A stretch of DNA of 64,000 nucleotides from Carpediemonas membranifera BICM (Eukaryota > Protista > Fornicata), in NCBI GenBank assembly GCA_019828565.1, contig JAHDYR010000016.1:211053-275052 (forward strand), read 5' to 3'. Below the pieces are notes generated by a model, which ran no database searches, had not been told where the DNA came from, and was given only the letters and a program-made list of their open reading frames with translations. The position numbers were made by a program, and so were the translations under genes. Position 1 is the stretch's first letter. Each line of letters begins with the position of its first letter. Positions 33,358 through 40,758 of this stretch are shown piece after piece.

Positions 33358-35384
33358 GGAGATCGTCTTCTCCAGGGCTTCCACAAAGCGTCTTCTTCGT
33401 GGACGTCAGCACAGCTGCAAACATCACAATCTCAAGCTCACACGTCGTCTCATTGTCTTCTATTCCACATTAAATTCACTTCTACACTTGTATATGCTGG
33501 TAATGGTGTTCATCGTCGGCTCTTATATGTCATCGGCAACAGGAGAGTGGGGGATTATGCCGCAGCAAAATATCTCTACTCATGCCTGCTGGCCCGGCTC
33601 GCGGTTGAATGCTATGCGCAGCGCCGGCAACTCCCCCTACATGACGCCGACTTCCACAAAGGACTGCTCACTCATCTACGCGGCGGTCATCCGGGTCAGG
33701 CCTACGCGGCCATCGTGCAGTCGCTCGACACTCTGCCGATGTGGCGGGAGACTACCACGCGGGATCTGGTCGCGCAGCTCGAAGGTCGTGCGGAGTCGCA
33801 TGGAGTGAGTCCCAGTCTCCGGAAGTGGTTCATCCGATACGCCAACTCTGTGAAGCTGTGGCTCGCTCGCACGGTGACGACGTACCGTGACAGGCTGCAG
33901 GGCACCCTCGCCCGACTCGAAGAAGCTCTCGCAGGTGTTGGCTCTCCGGCCTTCTTCCAGCAGGAGTTGGCCGGCGTTCACGCCATCCCCGACATGGTCA
34001 ACCCTGAGATCCTCGCGTGTCTCCCCTCGCTGTTCTGGGCGACTCACATGGGTGAGAACGACGGACTCCCAGTCTCCCAGGCTGCCCCACACATTCTCTC
34101 TTGCGTCTGGGCAATTGCTGACGGAGTGTAGACGTTGAGTGGCCTCATCAGCCACTTTAACGGGGAGTACTCGATGTCGCTCCGCCAGCCTCGCCTCGTT
34201 CCGATCATGCCCATGGCCCCCGTCCGACCGGGCTTCATGGCCTACGGTGACACGATGGGCCTACTGAATGATAATTTCTGTCATCGTGTGGGAATTAATC
34301 ACGCACACCCACACGCCACCCACCCCGTTGACAGAAGAGCAGGAGGAACCATACCAGAACAACCCCAGGTCAATGGGCCGTCTGCTCAGCCTGAGCACCG
34401 ATGGGGTCTGTGTGGCGGTGACTATTAAGAGAGGCTTCGGCCACTATCGGCCACAACATGATGCGAGCATGCCTGTTCGAAAGCGAGCGAAAGGGCGGGA
34501 GAAAGAGCGCCCCCGACTCGGGACCAATAATGCCGAGGCTCCGCCCGCGCCGGATCCTGATGCCCACCTCATGGGGTTCGACCCGGGCGCGAGGTCCATC
34601 GGAGGGTATTACATCAGGCACCCCGATGGCACCACCAGCTCCGGCGTCCTCCCAAAGTGCGGATACACTAAGACGCCAAGTTTCGGCTTTGATATGACGG
34701 CCGCGTCGTTCAAGAGCACAAGACTAGTGAGTTTCAACAACTCTATTTGGTTTGTGCTGGACAACGCGAACGACATTTTCGAGGCTGGAATGCGTAAGTC
34801 TTTCCGCCGAGTGCGCTTTGCGAACCACATCCTTCGCCAGAAGCACTTCGCCCGCTGCGGCCAACAGTTGGCTCGGGAGTTGCGGTCGCCACCATCCCAT
34901 CGCCACCCCCATTCGCCTGAAAGCCTTCAACGGGAGCTCGGGATTCACCACGCCTGCTGGTATGTTCATTCCTTGCGCGCCATATCGAAAGTTCGCGAGA
35001 GAGATAGTTCCCCTTCTCAAGAGGTATAACATTGTCGTCGATCTTAACATGGTTAACGAGGATCGCACCACCGTCGTCTGCCCTCACTGCCACGCCCCCT
35101 ACAAGCGAGTTCGTCCGCGTGATGACCAGCACGTTCACCCACATCGTGTGATGCTCTGCGAAAATCCACAGTGCCGTGGTGCTCAGTGGCGCGCAACAGT
35201 TCCTGATGCTCTGAATGTTGATCATCGGGACAAGAGTGCTGCAGAGAACATCCTGTGGCGTTCTCTTGCCACGGAAGATGAGCTCAGTGGCTCTCCGTTC
35301 AGTCGCACCTCGATCTCACGTCTTCAAACATCATTCCAGTATCATCAATTGGCTAACCGCCAACATTCGTCTACGGACGGATGA
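33358..35384 (+). pseudogene. Fanzor1-type RNA-guided nuclease, disrupted copy
   Basis: The assembled frames give VPIMPMAPVRPGFM, STDGVCVAV, RuvC-I GFDPG (D 34580), SFKST, RRVRFANH..RQK, RuvC-II VNEDRTT (E 35058), zinc finger CPHC/CENPQC, RuvC-III HRDKSAAENI (D 35229) and PFSR. There is an in-frame TAG at 34129-34131, two frameshifts (~34270-34330 and ~34890) and no clear ATG. Confidence 0.85.
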
Positions 35385-35464
35385 TGTTGTGCAGTTTGGC
35401 ACTTTGATCGTTCCTTCCAGGCCCTGTCTGGGACTTTCGAACAATGTGTTTATACTGCGCAACA
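35385..35464 (+). ncRNA. Putative Fanzor omegaRNA scaffold (copy 2), starting directly after the stop codon
   Basis: 80-nt nested hairpin rich in G-U pairs: TGTTGTGCAGT/ACTGCGCAACA, GGCAC/GTGTT, TTGaTCG/CGAaCAA, TCCAGGC/GTCTGGG. The position matches known Fanzor omegaRNAs. Confidence 0.65.
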
Positions 35465-35473
35465 GCTACTCGC

Positions 35474-35740
35474 TGCTCCGCTCCTGGGCCTCTATGCCGA
35501 TGCCAACGGCATCCCCTCTAATCCTGCTTGCAGGTAAAACCAATGGGGGGTAGAACATTTACTGGTCGTTTGAGGCTCAAACTGATCGAATGTTCGCCCG
35601 GTTCGGGTTCGGACCGGGCCATGCTGGTACGCACGAAGTAAACTCGTGTTTTCGAGCTTCTGTTCTCGTTCTCTATGCCGGCTGAACACTCAGGTAGACC
35701 TGTAGTGGTGCGACCGGAGCATAACCTGGTGTGCCAGGCC
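35474..35740. ncRNA. Candidate multi-hairpin structured RNA
   Basis: Stems at 35494-35512, 35553-35595, 35596-35619 and 35725-35738, plus a long-range pair TGCTCCG (35474)/CGGAGCA (35715). Confidence 0.4.
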
Positions 35741-35790
35741 TTCAGGTCAGACGACTGCCACGTTACTCTCAGCCACTGCAGCTACGGTAT

Positions 35791-36381
35791 TTACAGGAAG
35801 GGGTTGACGATCCGCTCGACCCCGTCCTCCCGGACAACCTTGATGACGAACTTGTCGAGGGGCTGGTTGATGATGTACCGCTCGGGGATCTCCTTCATGC
35901 AACCCTTGAGCACCTCGATCGCCTCTTCCTCGCCCATGTCAGCCTTCCAGTGCCTGTCGAAGTATGCCAGCGCGTAGTGGCCGAAGTAGCCATGGGCAGC
36001 AAAGTTCAGCTTGGACAGGGAGCCGAGGTAGTCCATCCAGTACAGTTGGGCCCCGGTCCCGTCCACACCGCCGAATAGTATGTTCACGTTGTACGGGTGC
36101 TTGCGGAGAGCCGTCGCCAGCTCGGAGCGGATGAAGTTGACGCTTGCATTAACTGAAAGCGGGCTCTCGTAGCTGATGTCGTACAAATTGAGGTTCTTTT
36201 GGATGTAAGAACCGAAGTGGTCTGTGTCTCCGGCCTCCCCTGTTATCGCCATGGCTCTGTTCTTGCCGAGGGGCATGATCTTATCACTATCGCTCTTAAG
36301 CATCGTGATGGAGTGAATAGACGACGCATCAGCCGCCAATACTACAAATCCATTTCCAGTAAGCCCTAGCAGAGAGTCCAT
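35791..36381 (-). CDS. PSMB2: 20S proteasome beta-4 subunit (PSMB2/PRE1)
   Basis: MDSLLGLTG..FVVLAAD, GEAGDT..F..YIQKN, LA.ALR..PY.VN, LYWMDYLG and AAHGY. Confidence 0.95.
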   Translation of the reverse strand: MDSLLGLTGNGFVVLAADASSIHSITMLKSDSDKIMPLGKNRAMAITGEAGDTDHFGSYIQKNLNLYDISYESPLSVNASVNFIRSELATALRKHPYNVNILFGGVDGTGAQLYWMDYLGSLSKLNFAAHGYFGHYALAYFDRHWKADMGEEEAIEVLKGCMKEIPERYIINQPLDKFVIKVVREDGVERIVNPFL

Positions 36382-36472
36382 AAGCGCTTATTTGTCGAGT
36401 TCTGCCACGGTTGTCAAATTGATGATGACCTTAAACTGCGACAACCGACCACCGCTGTTCTTGAGGTTGCAT

Positions 36473-37441
36473 TTACTCCGTCTGGGGTCCACCCCCGGCG
36501 GCCTGCGCGTCCATGCGCTCCTTGAGTGTCCGGCACAGCTTCTCCAGCGTCTCGTTCTTCTTCAGCAGCGCCTGCACCCCGCCCTCAACTTCCCGCTTCT
36601 CTTTGAGGATCTGGATAAGCTTCTCGCTCACCTCAATGTACTGCTTCTTGGCGTCAGTAAGCTCTGCGTTCAGCTTCGCGTTCGTTGAGTCAGCTCTCGA
36701 CAGCCGTTGCCTCATCTTATCGATGCCCTCATGCGACTCTCGCACCGCGTCTTTCACCCCCTCGAACTCCTTAACGTACTGCATCAGCTGGGCACGAGCC
36801 TCTTCCTCGCCCTTCACAGCGTCTGCTGCACGCTGGGCGTGTCTCTTGATCTCTGCGAACAGCTTCTCCCGGCCTGTCTCGGAGGCGTCGAGTTGCGTGG
36901 CGACGAGCTCGTGCTCTTTGTCGTATAGCTCCTTCTGCTTGGTGATCAAGCCGTCCTTCGCCTCAAGCTGCTCGAGAACCATCTTCAGGTTGGCTCTCAG
37001 CTTCTCATTCTCTTCCCGGAGTTCGGCGTCAACGGCAAACCGAGAGTCAACGTCATCCTTGAACTTGTCAAACGACTCAGTGAACTTCTGGATGGCGGCC
37101 TCTTTGGCCTTGATGATTCCATCACGCTCCTCAAGGATGGTCTTGTATGCCTCCTCGCGGCGGGTCGTCTCTTCACGCAGTTTGTCGTATGCTTCCATCA
37201 GCTTCTTGTTAAGCTCGAACGCCTCGAGGCTCTTCTTTTTCTCCTCAACAACAACAAGTTCGCCAATGCGCTTCTCCTCCGCCAGAGACTTCTGGGCCGC
37301 TTCCGCCTGCGCCTGATAGTGTTTGGCGTCAGCTTGCGACTTCAGGTGCTGCTTCTGCATATCTTGGTATAGCTTACGGAATTTGTCAGATGTAGCTCGC
37401 GCATCGGCCAAAGAGGCCTCCAGTTCAGCCTTGCTGGGCAT
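36473..37441 (-). CDS. Taxilin-family coiled-coil protein
   Basis: Long coiled coil with LREENEKL, QL..Y.KEF and the C-terminal LEKLCRTL motif typical of taxilins. Confidence 0.75.
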   Translation of the reverse strand: MPSKAELEASLADARATSDKFRKLYQDMQKQHLKSQADAKHYQAQAEAAQKSLAEEKRIGELVVVEEKKKSLEAFELNKKLMEAYDKLREETTRREEAYKTILEERDGIIKAKEAAIQKFTESFDKFKDDVDSRFAVDAELREENEKLRANLKMVLEQLEAKDGLITKQKELYDKEHELVATQLDASETGREKLFAEIKRHAQRAADAVKGEEEARAQLMQYVKEFEGVKDAVRESHEGIDKMRQRLSRADSTNAKLNAELTDAKKQYIEVSEKLIQILKEKREVEGGVQALLKKNETLEKLCRTLKERMDAQAAGGGPQTE

Positions 37442-37744
37442 CGCAAATTTCGTTCGTGCAGTTTATGCTGAAGACAATGTGGCATTTAGAGGTTTATGTG
37501 GAGGATTCATGTAAAGGTGACTTAGGCTGTCGACCCCTTGGGATGAACTCCAGAGGACTGAACAGGTTCAGTCTGACGGCCCACCTGTCGTACACCAGAA
37601 AGGTAGCGGACATGAGGGCGTCGGCGATGGTAAGAGCGACGGTTCTGGGCGGGATTTTTAGACTCAAGTATTCTTATCCTGCGTGGCACACTACCTCCAC
37701 TCACCCACTTCAGCCCTCGTCGTACCATCGGGCTTTCGTGCTTT

Positions 37745-37910
37745 CAGTCGTCGGTCTGCACGAAAAGATGCGTCGTCTGTCGTCCATCGTCTGTGTCGAA
37801 CGCTGCTGTCTTCTTTCGCATCTGTGCTCGTCTGTTACGCGCTCATCTGTCGTCCATTGCCGGCGTCTGAAGCTCATGTCGTCGTCGTCGTCGTCATCTT
37901 CGTCTGTTGT
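37745..37910 (+). repeat. Low-complexity CRTCTG/GTC repeat tract
   Basis: About seven C(G/A)TCTG(T) motifs plus a (GTC)6 run, upstream of the second Fanzor. Confidence 0.5.
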
Positions 37911-38025
37911 GAGAGACACTAGTGGTGGAAAGCGGTTGTAGCTAGTAGTAAAGACGCTTTGTGTTGTATGCTGCTGGTTTCTTGTGTTTTGAGGGATGCT
38001 GCTAGCTGATGAACCCTGAAAAGAA

Positions 38026-38985
38026 ATGATCGATGCAGTGCTCTCTGTGAAGACAGACGGGGTCTCTGTTGCTGTGACGGTTTGGGTGGGTCGCGAGAAA
38101 TACCGTGGCGGTCGGGTGGCTGACCGGCCCACGTACAAAAAGGGTAGCAGCAACAAGCGGGCTCAGCTCGGTCAGGATGACGCCGAGGCTACTCCTGCCC
38201 CGGACAGTCGGACTGCTCTCATGGACTTCGACCCTGGTGCTCGGTCACTGGGCGGCTACACGATCCGCCGCCCAGACGGGCAGAGTGTATCTGGCGTACT
38301 CGCTAAGTGTGGCTACACTGCCACCCCCTCTTTCCGCGTGAATATGAGCGCAGCATCGTTCAAAACGACAAGTCTAGAGGCTCTCAAACAGTCGATTAGG
38401 TTTGTCCATGAGAACATCGTTCAGATCATCAACGAGGGGACGAGAAAGTGTTTCCGCCGTGCGACTTTTGCCAATCACCGTCTGCGCCTGAAGCACTTCG
38501 CCCGGGCTGGACGTCAACTCCTGGATGATCTCGGCGGGCGCCCCCCGGAGCCCATTCACCTCAAAGTCGCGTATGGGGCTGCACTGTTCGGTTCCGCCGG
38601 CACTCCGTCCTGTGCTCCGTACCGCCACTTTGCTCGAGCTCTCCCTGGCATCATGCTCCGGCACAACGTCGTCGTGAGTGTCACGATGGTCTCGGAATTC
38701 CGCACTTCCATCGTGTGCCCATACTGCAAAGCACACTTCAGACGTGTGGTGCACACACGCCGCACCATGCTCTGCCAGAATCCCGCGTGCGAGGGAGCTC
38801 CATGGCGCGTTGAACGGCTTCGTCGGCATCCCGAGCAGAGAGACACACTTCTCAATCTCTCTCACCGAGATAAGAGCGCCAGCGAGAACATCCTTTGGTG
38901 CACCTTCGATGCAACTTCAGATCAGATAGAGCAATCTCCTTTCCACTACGACTCCCAGAGAGGTGCTCTTCCTCGCTATCATTAA
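38026..38985 (+). CDS. Fanzor1-type nuclease, intact but N-terminally truncated (319 aa)
   Basis: KTDGVSVAV, RuvC-I DFDPG (D 38230), SFKTT, RRATFANH, VAYG...CAPYR, RuvC-II VSEFRTS (E 38695), CPYC/CQNPAC and RuvC-III HRDKSASENI (D 38869). Collinear with the disrupted copy. Confidence 0.88.
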   Translation: MIDAVLSVKTDGVSVAVTVWVGREKYRGGRVADRPTYKKGSSNKRAQLGQDDAEATPAPDSRTALMDFDPGARSLGGYTIRRPDGQSVSGVLAKCGYTATPSFRVNMSAASFKTTSLEALKQSIRFVHENIVQIINEGTRKCFRRATFANHRLRLKHFARAGRQLLDDLGGRPPEPIHLKVAYGAALFGSAGTPSCAPYRHFARALPGIMLRHNVVVSVTMVSEFRTSIVCPYCKAHFRRVVHTRRTMLCQNPACEGAPWRVERLRRHPEQRDTLLNLSHRDKSASENILWCTFDATSDQIEQSPFHYDSQRGALPRYH

Positions 38986-39026
38986 CTTGCTAAGTTGAGC
39001 AAACACGCGCTGCAGCGCGCGTGATA

Positions 39027-39127
39027 TGCAGCGCACGATTGATAGAGTATGATGAACCACACTGCGATCCTGATGCTGCTTGGATCACTGTGTGTTTTGG
39101 ACTCAACAATTCTAATCCTGCGCAGCA
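39027..39127 (+). ncRNA. Putative Fanzor omegaRNA scaffold (copy 3)
   Basis: Outer stem TGCAGCGCACGATT/AATCCTGCGCAGCA (12 of 14 paired) with inner stems GAGT/ACTC, CACAC/GTGTG and GATCC/GGATC. Ends AACAAT...CTGCGCAGCA like the other two copies and starts about 40 nt after the stop. Confidence 0.55.
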
Positions 39128-39276
39128 CAGACAAGAATGCCCTGGCATGTATACTCTCTTTGACGACCTATCGACGGCCTATACATCGTTACACAGCCAT
39201 GTAGTTCGCTTCCGCGACTCCCACGCTTCGTTGAATGCCCCGCACACTGCAGCCAAATCACATCATTTATCTCAAA

Positions 39277-40050
39277 TTACATCGCCATGCTTCCCAGCTG
39301 GGTCGCTACGTGGTCGTGGGCAATCTTGGGCCAATCTATGGTCTGCCGGGTGATGGGGAGGGCGCGGCGGAGGGCCTTGAACTGGTTCTCGTTGATGTCC
39401 GTCAGGGCCGAGCCGACGGTGCTGATCGACGTCTCCTCGAAGCGGCGGATGGCCCGGACGACCTCAGTGGGGGTGGGGGCGGGGGTCTCAGGCATGGTCT
39501 TGTCAACCTCGCCCTGGACGTTGCCGCCCTCGTAAAAGTGGATTACACCGACCATTGAGCCAGACACGGCGCCATTCGCAACGATGTAGACGTTACGGAG
39601 GGAGCCGGTGTAGAAGTTCTTGGCTGAGATCTTGTCGGACGAGACGACGATCACCTTCTTGTCCTCGAGGTTGTACACGGCTACAGCGGCGGCGGGATAG
39701 CTCTCCTTCGCCATCTTGTACACCTCATCAGCGAGCTCGACGTACTCGGCGTCGTCATCCTCCTCGAGGGGGCGCGCATCGGTAACCTTGTGGGACATGT
39801 GGTCAACCTTGACGATAAGCCCTTCACGAGGGCAGATGTACTCGTTCTCACCTACAGAAGCATACTCGGAAATTACCACTTGCTTGTCCTCATGGGCAAA
39901 GGCAACACAGTGCTTCTCGTTGTACTCCTTGCAAATTTCTGGAAGAACGCTGCTAATCTCAGACCCAGCAAGCTGGCGGATGTCCTTCACAACAGATTCT
40001 ACCTCCGTGGGAGGAGCAAGCATGATCAAAGTCCTGGCACGCTGTTCCAT
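39277..40050 (-). CDS. CAPZA: F-actin capping protein alpha subunit
   Basis: APPTEVESVVKDIR, KNFYTGSLR, IHFYEGGNVQ and FKALRRALPITRQTIDW. Confidence 0.93.
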   Translation of the reverse strand: MEQRARTLIMLAPPTEVESVVKDIRQLAGSEISSVLPEICKEYNEKHCVAFAHEDKQVVISEYASVGENEYICPREGLIVKVDHMSHKVTDARPLEEDDDAEYVELADEVYKMAKESYPAAAVAVYNLEDKKVIVVSSDKISAKNFYTGSLRNVYIVANGAVSGSMVGVIHFYEGGNVQGEVDKTMPETPAPTPTEVVRAIRRFEETSISTVGSALTDINENQFKALRRALPITRQTIDWPKIAHDHVATQLGSMAM

Positions 40051-40758
40051 GGCGCGTATTTGGCTGTGTTTGTGTTTTGACTGTGGTGAAGTCATGCCAG
40101 CTTTATGGCCACAAGAACGCGACAGGTACACTGCAAGAGAAGGATTGGTGGCGTTATCAAGAGTGTTTCATGTCTATACCGCTGAGGCCCCAACTTTGTG
40201 TTTGCCGATCGGGGCCAAAAGTTCACCGCTCTGGTTACGAATTTATCCATGTTACCATCGACTAAACGCGTAAAGGGGAGGAAACTGATAAATGCTGGGG
40301 TTGATAAGACCAGCAAATAACGCCAATAGTCTATGTCTCAGCTGAATTGACAGAAGCTGCGGCGGGCAGACCTGCGGTGGCAACGCAGTGTCAACTGGCA
40401 CTGCGGGTGAGTCAAAGCTTTGGGAGGTGAGCCGCTTAGTGAAGGACTGCAAGCCATGATAACTGCTGACTTGGGTCGACTTGGCGTCATCGTGGTGGGC
40501 TATTCAGAATAGTGTGTGGGTCATTTTTTTGAAGCATTCGGTCAGCCTTCGGGCATACATAGCGTGAACCAGTCGACAGTCTACTGCCACTGGCACCCAG
40601 CCCTGCTGAGAAGTAGTACGCTGCCACGCGTCCTCGCCTCCGCACGAATGGAATGCGACTCATTCACTCGGCAACACCATTAAACATTACAGCCCCATCC
40701 CGGTAATCTATAAAATTTATCATCGAATCGAGTCCAGCAATCTAACCCATCGAGACCG

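Noticed and set aside
34888-34925. GT...AG intron repairing the second Fanzor frameshift
   Set aside because: It would delete PIRLK, which is conserved in the paralog (PIHLK), and it lacks the local splice consensus.
35385-35464. TGT...ACA unit as a MITE with 11-bp terminal inverted repeats
   Set aside because: The flanks show no target-site duplication, and the G-U-rich pairing plus the position after a Fanzor stop favour an RNA scaffold. Not fully excluded.
37917-37935. CACTAGTGGTGGAAA as a CACTA/EnSpm terminus
   Set aside because: No matching inverted terminus or 3-bp target duplication was found downstream of the Fanzor.
33285-39127. The three scaffold ends read as a CRISPR array
   Set aside because: They are kilobases apart with genes in between, have no regular spacer periodicity, and there are no cas genes.
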